Virus record (IMG/VR): IMGVR_UViG_2623620505_000002
Direction: 5' to 3' (one strand)
DNA: 47,971 bases
Source: a virus
Taxonomy: Duplodnaviria > Heunggongvirae > Uroviricota > Caudoviricetes
Within the stretch, counting starts at the first letter, position 1. Every line of letters begins with the position of its first letter. A program made the translations under genes and the position numbers. Positions 37,748 through 47,971 of this stretch are shown in pieces. The notes beneath the pieces are model-generated. The model was not told where the DNA came from. It did not search any database and worked only from the letters and a program-made list of their open reading frames with translations.

Positions 37748-38445
37748 TGCAGGATATCCGGCAGGAAACACTGAATGAATGCACCCGTGCGGAGCAGTCG
37801 GCCAGCCTGGTGCTCTGGGAAATCGACCTGACAGAGGTCGGAGGAGAACGTTATTTTTTCTGTAATGAGCAGAACGAAAAAGGTGAGCCGGTCACCTGGC
37901 AGGGGCGACAGTATCAGCCGTATCCCATTCAGGGGAGTGGTTTTGAACTGAATGGCAAAGGCACCAGTACGCGCCCCACGCTGACGGTTTCTAACCTGTA
38001 CGGTATGGTCACCGGGATGGCGGAAGATCTGCAGAGTCTGGTCGGCGGAACGGTGGTCCGGCGTAAGGTTTACGCCCGTTTTCTGGATGCGGTGAACTTC
38101 GTCAACGGAAACAGTGACGCCGATCCGGAGCAGGAGGTGATCAGCCGCTGGCGCATTGAGCAGTGCAGCGAACTGAGCGCGGTGAGTGCCTCCTTTGTAC
38201 TGTCCACGCCGACGGAAACGGACGGCGCTGTTTTTCCGGGACGTATCATGCTGGCCAACACCTGCACCTGGACCTATCGCGGCGATGAGTGCGGTTATCA
38301 CGGTCCGGCGGTCGCGGATGAATATGACCAGCCAACGTCCGATATCACGAAGGATAAATGCAGCAAATGCCTGAGCGGTTGTAAGTTCCGCAATAACGTC
38401 GGCAACTTTGGCGGCTTCCTTTCCATTAACAAACTTTCGCAGTAA
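37747..38445 (+). CDS. L: Minor tail protein L
   Basis: 232 aa, lambda gpL position and size. Confidence 0.9.
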   Translation: MQDIRQETLNECTRAEQSASLVLWEIDLTEVGGERYFFCNEQNEKGEPVTWQGRQYQPYPIQGSGFELNGKGTSTRPTLTVSNLYGMVTGMAEDLQSLVGGTVVRRKVYARFLDAVNFVNGNSDADPEQEVISRWRIEQCSELSAVSASFVLSTPTETDGAVFPGRIMLANTCTWTYRGDECGYHGPAVADEYDQPTSDITKDKCSKCLSGCKFRNNVGNFGGFLSINKLSQ

Positions 38446-38449
38446 TCCC

Positions 38450-39193
38450 ATGACAGAGACAGAATCAGCGATTCTGGCGCACGCCCGGCGATGTGCGCCA
38501 GCGGAGTCGTGCGGCTTCGTGGTAAGCACGCCGGAGGGGGAAAGATATTTCCCCTGCGTGAATATCTCCGGTGAGCCGGAGGCGTATTTCCGGATGGTTC
38601 CGGAGGACTGGCTGCAGGCAGAAATGCAGGGTGAGATAGTGGCGCTGGTCCACAGCCACCCCGGTGGTCTGCCCTGGCTGAGTGAGGCCGACCGGCGGCT
38701 GCAGGTGCAGAGTGATTTGCCGTGGTGGCTGGTCTGCCGGGGGACGATTCATAAGTTCCGCTGTGTGCCGCATCTTACCGGGCGGTGCTTTGAGCACGGG
38801 GTGACGGACTGTTACACGCTGTTCCGGGATGCTTATCATCTGGCGGGGATTGAGATGCCGGATTTTCATCGTGAGGATGACTGGTGGCGTCACGGTCAGA
38901 ATCTCTATCTGGATAATCTGGAGGCCACAGGGCTGTATCAGGTGCCGTTGTCATCAGCACAACCGGGCGATGTGCTGCTGTGCTGCTTTGGTTCATCGGT
39001 GCCGAATCATGCCGCCATTTACTGTGGTGACGGCGAGCTGCTGCACCATATTCCTGAACAACTGAGCAAACGAGAGAGGTATACCGACAAATGGCAGCGA
39101 CGCACACACTCCCTCTGGCGTCACCGGGCATGGCGCGCATCTGCCTTTACGGGGATTTACAACGATTTGGCCGCCGCATCGACCTTCGTGTGA
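38450..39193 (+). CDS. K: Tail tip assembly protein K (MPN/JAB and NlpC/P60-like domains)
   Basis: Start MTETESAILAHARRCAP matches lambda gpK; HSHPGG JAB motif. Confidence 0.9.
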   Translation: MTETESAILAHARRCAPAESCGFVVSTPEGERYFPCVNISGEPEAYFRMVPEDWLQAEMQGEIVALVHSHPGGLPWLSEADRRLQVQSDLPWWLVCRGTIHKFRCVPHLTGRCFEHGVTDCYTLFRDAYHLAGIEMPDFHREDDWWRHGQNLYLDNLEATGLYQVPLSSAQPGDVLLCCFGSSVPNHAAIYCGDGELLHHIPEQLSKRERYTDKWQRRTHSLWRHRAWRASAFTGIYNDLAAASTFV

Positions 39194-39762
39194 AAACGGG
39201 GGCTGAAGCCATCCGCGCACTGGCCACACAGCTCCCGGCGTTTCGTCAGAAACTGAGCGACGGCTGGTATCAGGTACGGATTGCCGGGCGGGACGTCAGC
39301 ACGTCCGGGTTAACGGCGCAGTTACATGAGACTCTGCCTGACGGCGCTGTGATTCATATTGTTCCCAGAGTCGCCGGAGCCAAGTCAGGGGGCGTATTCC
39401 AGATTGTTCTGGGGGCTGCCGCCATTGCCGGATCATTCTTTACTGCCGGAGCCACCCTTGCAGCATGGGGGGCAGCCATTGGGGCCGGTGGTATGACCGG
39501 TATCCTGTTTTCTCTCGGTGCCAGTATGGTACTTGGTGGTGTGGCGCAGATGCTGGCACCGAAAGCCAGAACTCCCCGTACACAGACAACGGATAACGGT
39601 AAGCAGAACACCTATTTCTCCTCACTGGATAACATGGTTGCCCAGGGCAATGTTCTGCCTGTTCTGTACGGTGAAATGCGCGTGGGATCACGTGTGGTTT
39701 CTCAGGAGATCAGCACGGCAGACGAAGGGGACGGTGGTCAGGTTGTGGTGATTGGTCGCTGA
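39091..39762 (+). CDS. I: Tail assembly protein I
   Basis: 223 aa; matches lambda gpI; overlaps the K 3' end as in lambda. Confidence 0.9.
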   Translation: MAATHTLPLASPGMARICLYGDLQRFGRRIDLRVKTGAEAIRALATQLPAFRQKLSDGWYQVRIAGRDVSTSGLTAQLHETLPDGAVIHIVPRVAGAKSGGVFQIVLGAAAIAGSFFTAGATLAAWGAAIGAGGMTGILFSLGASMVLGGVAQMLAPKARTPRTQTTDNGKQNTYFSSLDNMVAQGNVLPVLYGEMRVGSRVVSQEISTADEGDGGQVVVIGR

Positions 39763-39822
39763 TGCAAAATGTTTTATGTGAAACCGCCTGCGGGCGGTTT
39801 TGTCATTTATGGAGCGTGAGGA

Positions 39823-42800
39823 ATGGGTAAAGGCAGCAGTAAGGGGCATACCCCGCGCGAAGCGAAGGACAACCTGAAATCATCCCAGATGCTGAGCGTG
39901 ATAGACGCCATCAGTGAAGGGCCGGTTGAAGGTCCGGTGGACGGATTAAAAAGTGTGCTGCTGAACAGTACGCCAGTGCTGGACAGTGAGGGGAATACCA
40001 ATATCTCCGGTGTCACGGTGGTGTTCCGTGCCGGTGAGCAGGAGCAGACACCGCCGGAGGGGTTTGAATCCTCCGGCTCCGAGACGGTGCTGGGTACGGA
40101 AGTGAAATATGACACGCCGATCACCCGCACCATCACGTCGGCAAACATCGACCGTCTGCGCTTTACCTTCGGTGTACAGGCACTGGTGGAAACCACCTCA
40201 AAGGGGGACAGGAATCCGTCGGAAGTCCGTCTGCTGGTTCAGATACAACGTAACGGTGGCTGGGTGACGGAAAAAGACATCACCATTAAGGGCAAAACCA
40301 CGTCGCAGTATCTGGCCTCGGTGGTGGTGGATAACCTGCCGCCGCGCCCGTTTAATATCCGGATGCGCAGAATGACGCCGGACAGCACCACAGACCAGCT
40401 GCAGAACAAAACGCTCTGGTCGTCATACACCGAAATCATCGATGTGAAACAGTGCTACCCGAACACGGCACTGGTCGGCGTGCAGGTGGACTCGGAGCAG
40501 TTCGGCAGCCAGCAGGTGAGCCGTAATTATCATCTTCGCGGGCGCATTCTGCAGGTGCCGTCGAACTATAACCCGCAGACGCGGCAATACAGCAGTATCT
40601 GGGACGGAACGTTTAAGCCAGCATACAGCAACAACATGGCCTGGTGTCTGTGGGATATGCTGACCCATCCACGCTACGGCATGGGAAAACGTCTTGGTGC
40701 GGCGGATGTGGATAAATGGGCGCTGTATGTCATCGGCCAGTACTGCGACCAGTCAGTGCCGGACGGCTTTGGTGGCACGGAGCCGCGCATCACCTGTAAT
40801 GCGTACCTGACCACACAGCGCAAGGCGTGGGATGTGCTCAGTGATTTCTGCTCGGCGATGCGCTGTATGCCGGTATGGAACGGGCAGACGCTGACGTTCG
40901 TGCAGGACCGACCATCAGATAAGGTGTGGACCTATAACCGCAGTAATGTGGTGATGCCGGATGATGGCGCGCCGTTCCGCTACAGCTTCAGCGCCCTGAA
41001 GGACCGCCATAATGCCGTTGAGGTGAACTGGATTGACCCGAACAACGGCTGGGAGACGGCGACAGAGCTTGTTGAAGATACGCAGGCCATTGCCCGTTAC
41101 GGTCGTAATGTTACGAAGATGGATGCCTTTGGCTGTACCAGTCGGGGGCAGGCACACCGCGCCGGGCTGTGGCTGATTAAAACAGAACTGCTGGAAACGC
41201 AGACCGTGGATTTCAGCGTCGGCGCAGAAGGGCTTCGCCATGTACCGGGCGATGTTATTGAAATCTGTGATGATGACTATGCCGGTATCAGCACCGGTGG
41301 TCGCGTGCTGGCGGTGAACAGCCAGACCCGGACACTGACGCTCGACCGTAAAATCACGCTGCCATCCTCCGGCACCACGCTGATAAGCCTGGTTGACGGG
41401 CAGGGGAGTCCGGTCAGCGTGGAGGTTCAGTCCGTCACCGACGGCGTGAAGGTGAAAGTGAGCCGTGTTCCTGACGGCGTTGCTGAATACAGCGTATGGG
41501 GGCTGAAGCTGCCGACGCTGCGCCAGCGCCTGTTCCGCTGCGTGAGTATCCGTGAGAACGACGACGGCACGTATGCCATCACCGCCGTGCAGCATGTACC
41601 GGAAAAAGAAGCCATCGTGGATAACGGGGCGCACTTTGACGGCGACCAGAGCGGCACGGTGAATGGTGTCACGCCGCCAGCGGTGCAGCACCTGACTGCC
41701 GAAGTCACCGCAGACAGCGGGGAGTATCAGGTGCTGGCACGCTGGGATACGCCGAAGGTGGTGAAGGGCGTGAGCTTTATGCTTCGCCTGACCGTGGCAG
41801 CGGATGACGGCAGTGAGCGGCTGGTCAGCACGGCCCGGACGGCGGAAACCACATACCGCTTCACGCAGCTGGCGCCAGGGAACTACAGGCTGACAGTCCG
41901 GGCGGTAAATGCGTGGGGGCAGCAGGGCGATCCGGCATCGGTATCGTTCCGGATTGCCGCACCTGCAGTGCCGTCGCGGATTGAGCTGACGCCGGGCTAT
42001 TTTCAGATAACCGCCACGCCGCATCTTGCCGTTTATGACCCGACGGTACAGTTTGAGTTCTGGTTCTCGGAAAAGCGGATTACCGATATCAGGCAGGTAG
42101 AAACCACAGCCCGCTATCTTGGTACGGCGCTGTACTGGATAGCCGCCAGTATCAATATCAGGCCGGGCCATGATTATTATTTTTACGTTCGCAGTGTGAA
42201 CACCGTTGGCAAATCGGCATTCGTGGAGGCCGTCGGTCGGGCGAGCGATGATGCGGAAGGTTACCTGGATTTTTTCAAAGGCCAGATAACCGAATCCCAT
42301 CTCGGCAAGGAGCTGCTGGAAAAAGTCGATCTGACGGAGGATAACGCCAGCAGACTGGAGCAGTTTTCGAAAGAGTGGAAAGACGCCAACGATAAGTGGA
42401 ATGCCATGTGGGCTGTCAAAATTGAGCAGACCAAAGACGGCAAACATTATGTCGCGGGTATTGGCCTCAGCATGGAGGACACGGAGGAAGGCAAACTGAG
42501 TCAGTTTCTGGTTGCCGCTAACCGTATCGCATTTATTGACCCGGCAAACGGGAATGAAACGCCGATGTTTGTGGCGCAGGGCAATCAGATATTCATGAAC
42601 GACGTGTTCCTGAAGCGCCTGACGGCCCCCACCATTACCAGCGGCGGTAATCCTCCGGCCTTTTCCCTGACACCGGACGGGCGGCTGACGGCGAAAAATG
42701 CGGATATCAGCGGTAACGTGAATGCGAACGCCGGGACACTCAACAACGTCACGATTAATGAGAACTGCCGGATTCTGGGAAAACTGTCTGCCAGCCAGAT

Positions 42801-43221
42801 TGAAGGCGATATTGTCAAAACAGTGGGGAAGGCCTTTCCCCGAAATAACAGTTATGCCAGTGGCAAGATAACTGTCACGGTTTATGATGACCAGGGCTTC
42901 GACCGGCAGATTATCATTCCCCCGGTGGTGTTTCGTGGGACGAAACACCAGAATTTCAACAGCCCGAATCAGCAGTCGTACTGGTACTCCACCTGCAAGC
43001 TGCAGGTGCTGAAAAACGGGGCTGAGATCTTCCATGAACCGGCAACGGATGTCAGCCGGGTGTTCTCATCGGTGATTGATATGCCAGCAGGACGGGGTCA
43101 TGTCACCCTGACGTTTAATGTGTCGTCGACCGGTGCGAACAACTGGACGCCGACAACGTACATCAGCGATTTACTGGTTGTGGTGATGAAGAAATCCACA
43201 GCAGGTATCAGTATCAGCTGA
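39823..43221 (+). CDS. J: Central tail fibre / host specificity protein J
   Basis: 1132 aa, same length as lambda gpJ. Confidence 0.95.
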   Translation: MGKGSSKGHTPREAKDNLKSSQMLSVIDAISEGPVEGPVDGLKSVLLNSTPVLDSEGNTNISGVTVVFRAGEQEQTPPEGFESSGSETVLGTEVKYDTPITRTITSANIDRLRFTFGVQALVETTSKGDRNPSEVRLLVQIQRNGGWVTEKDITIKGKTTSQYLASVVVDNLPPRPFNIRMRRMTPDSTTDQLQNKTLWSSYTEIIDVKQCYPNTALVGVQVDSEQFGSQQVSRNYHLRGRILQVPSNYNPQTRQYSSIWDGTFKPAYSNNMAWCLWDMLTHPRYGMGKRLGAADVDKWALYVIGQYCDQSVPDGFGGTEPRITCNAYLTTQRKAWDVLSDFCSAMRCMPVWNGQTLTFVQDRPSDKVWTYNRSNVVMPDDGAPFRYSFSALKDRHNAVEVNWIDPNNGWETATELVEDTQAIARYGRNVTKMDAFGCTSRGQAHRAGLWLIKTELLETQTVDFSVGAEGLRHVPGDVIEICDDDYAGISTGGRVLAVNSQTRTLTLDRKITLPSSGTTLISLVDGQGSPVSVEVQSVTDGVKVKVSRVPDGVAEYSVWGLKLPTLRQRLFRCVSIRENDDGTYAITAVQHVPEKEAIVDNGAHFDGDQSGTVNGVTPPAVQHLTAEVTADSGEYQVLARWDTPKVVKGVSFMLRLTVAADDGSERLVSTARTAETTYRFTQLAPGNYRLTVRAVNAWGQQGDPASVSFRIAAPAVPSRIELTPGYFQITATPHLAVYDPTVQFEFWFSEKRITDIRQVETTARYLGTALYWIAASINIRPGHDYYFYVRSVNTVGKSAFVEAVGRASDDAEGYLDFFKGQITESHLGKELLEKVDLTEDNASRLEQFSKEWKDANDKWNAMWAVKIEQTKDGKHYVAGIGLSMEDTEEGKLSQFLVAANRIAFIDPANGNETPMFVAQGNQIFMNDVFLKRLTAPTITSGGNPPAFSLTPDGRLTAKNADISGNVNANAGTLNNVTINENCRILGKLSASQIEGDIVKTVGKAFPRNNSYASGKITVTVYDDQGFDRQIIIPPVVFRGTKHQNFNSPNQQSYWYSTCKLQVLKNGAEIFHEPATDVSRVFSSVIDMPAGRGHVTLTFNVSSTGANNWTPTTYISDLLVVVMKKSTAGISIS

Positions 43222-43279
43222 ATGTTCAGAAACCAGACCGGGTGCCAGAAATGGCACCTTTTTTATTTGTGGAACGAAT

Positions 43280-45577
43280 ATGGCAGTAAAGATTTCAGGC
43301 GTGCTTAAAGACGGTGCAGGTAAACCGGTACAGAACTGCACAATTCAGCTGAAAGCAAAACGTAACAGCACCACGGTGGTGGTGAACACGGTGGCCTCAG
43401 AAAATCCGGATGAAGCCGGGCGTTACAGCATGGACGTTGAGTACGGTCAGTACAGCGTTGTTCTGTTGGTGGAAGGGTTCCCGCCGTCACATGCCGGGAC
43501 CATCACCGTGTATGAAGATTCTCAACCCGGTACGCTGAATGATTTTCTCGGTGCCATGACGGAGGATGATGCCCGTCCGGAGGCACTGCGCCGTTTTGAA
43601 CTGATGGTGGAAGAGGTGGCGCGTAACGCGTCCGCGGTGGCACAGAACACGGCAGCCGCGAAGAAGTCAGCCGGCGATGCCGGCACATCGGCCCGTGAGG
43701 CGGCAACCCATGCGACTGATGCTGCAGGCTCAGCACGCGCAGCCAGCACGTCAGCCGGGCAGGCCGCGTCGTCGGCACAGGAAGCGTCTTCCGGTGCAGA
43801 AACGGCATCAGTAAAGGCCACTGAGGCATCAAAAAGTGCAGCCGCTGCAGAGTCCTCGAAAAGCGCGGCGGCCACCAGTGCTGTTGCCGCGAAAACGTCA
43901 GAAACGAATGCGGCAGCGTCACAACAATCAGCCGCCACCTCAGCATCCACCGCGACCGCGAAAGCGTCAGAAGCTGCCACCTCAGCCCGTGAGGCGGAGG
44001 CCTCAAAAGAGGCAGCAAAATCATCAGAAACGAACGCATCATCAAGCGCCAGTGGTGCAGCCTCCTCGGCAACGGCGGCAGAAAATGCCGCGAAGGAGGC
44101 AAAAACATCCGAGATGAACGCCAGGTCTTCTGAAACGGCAGCGGCACAGAGCGCATCCACCGCGGCGGGCTATGAAGCAGCGGCGGCATCATTGGCCGGC
44201 GAGGCATTCGGTAAGGCGGAAGAGGCTGCAGGTAGTGCAGCGGTGGCAGTGCAGAGCAAAAGTTCTGCTGAGTCTGCAGCAACACGCGCAGAAAATGCGG
44301 CAAAACGGGCAGAGGAGATTGCATCTGCTGTGGGCCTGGAAGATGCCAGTACGACCACAAAGGGAGTTGTCAAGCTCAGTAACCGTACTGACAGCACTTC
44401 GCAGACAGAGGCCGCCACATCCCTTGCAGTCAGTAAGGTCATGAATGAGGTGAAGACAAAAGCGTCACTGGATAGTCCGGTCTTCACCGGTACCCCTATG
44501 ACACCGACACCACCGGACGATGCTTCAGGTCTGGAAACAGTGAATGCGGCGTTTGTCCGCAAACTGCTTGCTGCTCTTGTGGGTTCTTCTCCGGAAACCC
44601 TGGACACGCTGAACGAACTGGCGGAGGCGCTGGGTAATGACCCGGCGTTTTCCGTAACGATAATGAAGATGCTGGACGGAAAACAGCCTTTAAATCCCGT
44701 TCTGACTGCGTTAGGCCGTCTTCCATCCGGTGAAGATGGGTTTCCCAGTTTTAGCGGTAACGGGCAGTGTTCTCTGGCTCCTGTTTCTGAAAAAGGGAAA
44801 CAGCTGTTGTCACAATCCACAGCCGAAGAGATGTGTGACGTTCTGGGTATCAATGGAAATAGTGGAAACTCAGCAGCAGGCGGAAATTATGGGCTTCAGT
44901 CAGACATTTATGACAGAACGCAGGGGCGGGCCGCTGTTGCAGGAAGTCTGGGATTCGGGCATATCTTCACAAAAGGTGACGTTCTCAGCTTTTCGTCGAA
45001 GGAAGTGCTTCTTGACTGGATCTCAAATGCCACACCGGGGCGGTATACGGTCAGCGCTGACTGCGAAATTATACCGGAAGTACAGTTTACAGGTGTGATT
45101 GATTTATTTTTCGCTGATGAGATGCGGAATAACCTTACTGTCCCGCTGATGCTGAAGATGGCTGTTTTTTACGGGATGAACGGTGAACTGTATCGGGCAA
45201 CATACGATGCCATACATGGCCCTTCACTGAGTGAATGGGAGAAAATAAATATTGACCTGTATGATATTGCCAAAATCCTGAGCATGACCACAAACGATAA
45301 TTATGGTGATCCGTATGCTGGAAGCATAACACTGGCAGCCTTTAATAGCCGTGGCAGCACTAAAACAGCTAGCGTCGTACGAGGGCAATATTACCCGGGC
45401 TCCGTCCTTACTCCCGTGGTATTCAGTGTTCCGGATGGAGCATTATCGTCGCCGAAGATTGGGCTTTCTGGTACAGAGAAGCACACATTGCCGGGTGTTT
45501 ACCGTGCATTATCCGGAACTCCGGATTACACCGGAGAAGGTGAGTTTATTATTGCTGCTTTTATAAGGACGATGTGA
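43280..45577 (+). CDS. stf: Side tail fibre protein Stf with lambda-like N-terminus and a divergent C-terminal domain
   Basis: N-terminal ~330 aa align to lambda Stf (MAVKISGVLKDGAGKPVQNCTIQLKA ..., Ala/Ser-rich repeats); C-terminal ~300 aa unlike lambda Stf. Confidence 0.85.
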   Translation: MAVKISGVLKDGAGKPVQNCTIQLKAKRNSTTVVVNTVASENPDEAGRYSMDVEYGQYSVVLLVEGFPPSHAGTITVYEDSQPGTLNDFLGAMTEDDARPEALRRFELMVEEVARNASAVAQNTAAAKKSAGDAGTSAREAATHATDAAGSARAASTSAGQAASSAQEASSGAETASVKATEASKSAAAAESSKSAAATSAVAAKTSETNAAASQQSAATSASTATAKASEAATSAREAEASKEAAKSSETNASSSASGAASSATAAENAAKEAKTSEMNARSSETAAAQSASTAAGYEAAAASLAGEAFGKAEEAAGSAAVAVQSKSSAESAATRAENAAKRAEEIASAVGLEDASTTTKGVVKLSNRTDSTSQTEAATSLAVSKVMNEVKTKASLDSPVFTGTPMTPTPPDDASGLETVNAAFVRKLLAALVGSSPETLDTLNELAEALGNDPAFSVTIMKMLDGKQPLNPVLTALGRLPSGEDGFPSFSGNGQCSLAPVSEKGKQLLSQSTAEEMCDVLGINGNSGNSAAGGNYGLQSDIYDRTQGRAAVAGSLGFGHIFTKGDVLSFSSKEVLLDWISNATPGRYTVSADCEIIPEVQFTGVIDLFFADEMRNNLTVPLMLKMAVFYGMNGELYRATYDAIHGPSLSEWEKINIDLYDIAKILSMTTNDNYGDPYAGSITLAAFNSRGSTKTASVVRGQYYPGSVLTPVVFSVPDGALSSPKIGLSGTEKHTLPGVYRALSGTPDYTGEGEFIIAAFIRTM

Positions 45578-46140
45578 TGAAAATAAAAAAAATCAGCGAA
45601 CAAAGGTATCTTGAAACCGGAGATGTTGACTGCATGGTCGTGTTTTCAGGTATGGAAATGCCACTTCCATACACAGCTTCGGCAAATGATACAGCAGAAA
45701 CTGGCCGGCAAATCTGGCAGGAACTGCAGAGTGGCAGATGGGGTGAAATCGCCCCGTTCACAGTCACGCCTGAAGTTATTGCCGCAGCCAGAGATGCCAA
45801 AAAGCGGGAAATCGAAGCCTGGCGCACAGAACAGGAAGCGCAGCCGTTCACGTTCGAATGGAACGGTCGTACCTGGAATGCTGGGGCCGACTCACTGGCT
45901 CGTCTTTATCCGGCAGTAATGGCATCAAAGTCTGACACTGCGCGAAAAACCATGGTATGGGGCGATGCAGAAAACCAGCAGGTGAAACTGTCGATGCAAC
46001 AACTGGATGAACTGCTTACTGCAATGGTTCAGGCACAGGTCGATCGCAATGACGAGATTTATCGTCGCCAGCGGGAGATGAAGGAAGAGCTGAATAATAT
46101 GGCGGATTTGAAGTCGGTGAGGAATTTCGTGCCAGAATAA
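45574..46140 (+). CDS. Putative tail-fibre assembly chaperone (non-canonical Tfa)
   Basis: 188-aa ORF overlapping the stf stop (ATGA); lacks the typical Tfa terminal motifs, so assignment is by position. Confidence 0.5.
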   Translation: MMKIKKISEQRYLETGDVDCMVVFSGMEMPLPYTASANDTAETGRQIWQELQSGRWGEIAPFTVTPEVIAAARDAKKREIEAWRTEQEAQPFTFEWNGRTWNAGADSLARLYPAVMASKSDTARKTMVWGDAENQQVKLSMQQLDELLTAMVQAQVDRNDEIYRRQREMKEELNNMADLKSVRNFVPE

Positions 46141-46324
46141 CAGAAGCTGCGGCATGTCGTATGCAAGAACGTACTACAGCTGGCTGACTTGCGTTCGATA
46201 GGAGCCTGTACATAGATTATATAATTACAGAGCGGATACTCAATGTTGGTATTATTTATTTTATATGAATTTGTCTGAAAATAGTCCTGAAATTATTTTT
46301 CTGCTGAAAGTATAGAACTCAAAA

Positions 46325-46350
46325 ACAAGCGCCATTTTACAGGCGCTTCA
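46325..46350 (-). terminator. Rho-independent terminator for the leftward membrane/TPR-like gene
   Basis: On the minus strand AAGCGCC tgtaaaat GGCGCTT followed by GTTTTT. Confidence 0.55.
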
Positions 46351-46365
46351 AAGAACAAGGATGGG

Positions 46366-47370
46366 CTAGTTTGCTTTGCTCCCAACCATCTCTCTGATTC
46401 TGGCTAACTCATCATCATTAAACAGATCCTGTATATCTGAATCCAAGCGCGCCAAAACTTTTTCTATGATTTTTTTCTGCAAGGGTTTATGCGCCTCTTT
46501 CTCTGGAGTAACAGTCAAAGCTTTCATAATGAAATCTTTAACTTCTTGTTCATCTTTATGCTGCTTAGATAGCAAAAGGTAACAACCCATGTTGTAAAGC
46601 AAGACTGGATTTGTTTTATCTTTCACTAATAATTTTTTAACAATTTCCAGCGCGCCTGCAATATCATCAATTCGCTTTAGGGTAAATGCTTTCAAAACCA
46701 TGAATCTGTCAAATGAATGATAGTCATCTTCTTCATTGATTTCTCTAAGCCCCTCATCTAAAAAAGCAAGGGCATCATTGTATTTCTTCTTAGAAGCTAG
46801 CTTATCTTCTTCAGTTGTTTTCTCACCATATCGCTGACCTGACTCTACAGCATCTTTAGCTTTCAAATACAGCAGTTCGAGCCTGATTTTTTTCTCATTG
46901 CTCTTGATTTGCTTATTCTCATTAACTAAAGCTTCGATAGAGTGTTTGGCTTCTTTTTGCTCCTGGCCAATCTCTTGCACCTGGCTCTGAAGAACTTTGT
47001 TTGCAATGTTATCAAGTAGCCCATAACCAAGATAGGAAGCTATGCCTGCAAGAGATATCAGCATGAACAACTGTTCAATGTATACGGCTGCTGTTGTATC
47101 GGCTAGCGGAAGCAAAAGTGACTGATAATTTAGATGTAGAAATGAAGCTATGAAGGGGACGCAGATAAAAGCAGCACCAATACCTATCATATGCGTGCTA
47201 CCAATGAACTTGTTGTCACTAGTATCGCTGTTTTTTCCAGTTCGAAGCGTGCTTCCGAGCAGAGCTCCCATCACTATTACTAAAGCGAGAAAAAGAAAAT
47301 TAAGAAGGGCTATCACAGATTTACTTGTCAAGACAGCCAGACAGAATTCGATTGTCATACTTTGGTCCAT
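46366..47370 (-). CDS. Membrane protein with three N-terminal helices and a coiled-coil/TPR-like cytoplasmic domain (b-region cargo)
   Basis: 334 aa; hydrophobic segments at about residues 18-40, 62-80 and 100-120; Lys/Glu-rich helical region and TPR-like repeats; markedly AT-rich; own terminator. Confidence 0.6.
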   Translation of the reverse strand: MDQSMTIEFCLAVLTSKSVIALLNFLFLALVIVMGALLGSTLRTGKNSDTSDNKFIGSTHMIGIGAAFICVPFIASFLHLNYQSLLLPLADTTAAVYIEQLFMLISLAGIASYLGYGLLDNIANKVLQSQVQEIGQEQKEAKHSIEALVNENKQIKSNEKKIRLELLYLKAKDAVESGQRYGEKTTEEDKLASKKKYNDALAFLDEGLREINEEDDYHSFDRFMVLKAFTLKRIDDIAGALEIVKKLLVKDKTNPVLLYNMGCYLLLSKQHKDEQEVKDFIMKALTVTPEKEAHKPLQKKIIEKVLARLDSDIQDLFNDDELARIREMVGSKAN

Positions 47371-47377
47371 AAAAAGC

Positions 47378-47485
47378 TAAGGGCGGTTAAAAACCGCCCT
47401 TGTGCACTCATATCCCGACTTCGGTGCTTTTAGAGCCTAATCAGAAATCCGGATGCTCATCAGAGAATCGAAAGTTTCTAATCAT
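47378..47485 (-). promoter_or_regulatory. 5' leader of the membrane/TPR-like gene: 14-codon ORF with perfect RBS followed by a hairpin and U-tract (attenuator-like)
   Basis: Minus strand: AGGAG, 6 nt, ATG ATT AGA AAC TTT CGA TTC TCT GAT GAG CAT CCG GAT TTC TGA (47485..47441); then AAGGGCGGTT ttt AACCGCCCTT (47401..47378) and AGCTTTTT directly before the ATG. Confidence 0.35.
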
Positions 47486-47971
47486 GCTTTACTCCTAGTT
47501 TGTTGGGTGTTGTTAACAGTATTCTCAAGTCTAATAGGGAATGTTGTTAAATTTTAAGCAATGCTTATGCATCGGTGTAACTATAACTTTATCTGTTGAC
47601 TTTCGCAACCTCCGCTAACGACAAGGGATAGCACGAGTGCAACACTTTTTTGCATCGACTTCACGATATCATTTTCCCCTTGGGGCGGGAATTGATTTTT
47701 GTTTGTTGATGAAAACAGGAGAGGTTATAGATATAACACCTTGCCTTCATGCAGTTTGTGCTGTGGTTGTGTAGGCTCTGGTTGTACGTTCTTCATTGTG
47801 CGCGAACACACCCAGACTGAATAATCGCTGGATTGAAATGTTCGGGTATTGCAGGCGTATGATATGCCGTGGTGGGGCGGTTTTGAATCATGTGCATGGG
47901 ATGTGGCAAGCCTGATGGATTTTGCTGTGCTGGTGATGGTGTGTCTGCTGATCTGGCTGTTTATCCGTTAA

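Noticed and set aside
40915-43035. 706-aa ORF on the minus strand inside J
   Set aside because: Antisense to a gene that aligns to lambda J along its whole length; the ORF is an artefact of GC-rich codon bias and has no start context
43503-44853. Minus-strand ORFs of 285, 212 and 227 aa inside stf
   Set aside because: They lie antisense to the Ala/Ser-rich repeat region of stf, where repetitive GC-rich sequence yields long open frames; Pro/Arg-rich low-complexity products
1-47971. CRISPR arrays, tRNA genes and Shiga-toxin genes
   Set aside because: No array of regularly spaced direct repeats, no cloverleaf-like tRNA candidate and no stx-like ORF were seen; the Q-to-lysis slot instead holds the ORF6N and AraC-family genes
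47890-47971. Short ORF (MCMGCGKPDGFCCAGDGVSADLAVYPL) at the window edge
   Set aside because: Too short and no context available; cannot be distinguished from chance

Overview
This window is almost entirely one mosaic lambdoid prophage of an enterobacterium (E. coli-like), read from the integrase end towards the tail-fibre end. It has a Rac-like early/immunity region: int, xis, a large exonuclease, DUF1482 and KilR-like genes, a SieB-like membrane protein, a cI-type repressor, cro, a YdaT-like gene, an O-like initiator with ori iterons, and a DnaC-like loader. It has a DLP12/Qin-like nin-to-lysis region: DUF968, rusA, Q, the PR'/tR' late promoter region, holin-like genes, a GH108 endolysin, bor and a ybcV-like gene. 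Its packaging, head and tail module is close to lambda itself: cos, nu1, A, W, B, C, D, E, FI, FII, Z, U, V, G/T with the frameshift heptamer, H, M, L, K, I, J, then stf and a tail-fibre chaperone. Two insertion sequences are present: an IS110-family element in the nin region and a complete IS3 with a 3-bp AAT target duplication just upstream of cos. Accessory cargo sits at the usual moron positions: a DNA methyltransferase followed by two overlapping very acidic small ORFs, a hok-family type I toxin, an interrupted lipoprotein gene, an ORF6N-domain gene and an AraC-family regulator between tR' and the lysis genes, and an AT-rich membrane/TPR-like protein after the tail-fibre genes. I consider the last of these, the methyltransferase/acidic-protein cluster and the SieB-position membrane protein the best candidates for undescribed defence or anti-defence functions. 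All calls rest on reading the translated ORFs and the DNA by eye; no database search was run, and no tRNA, CRISPR array or attR was identified.
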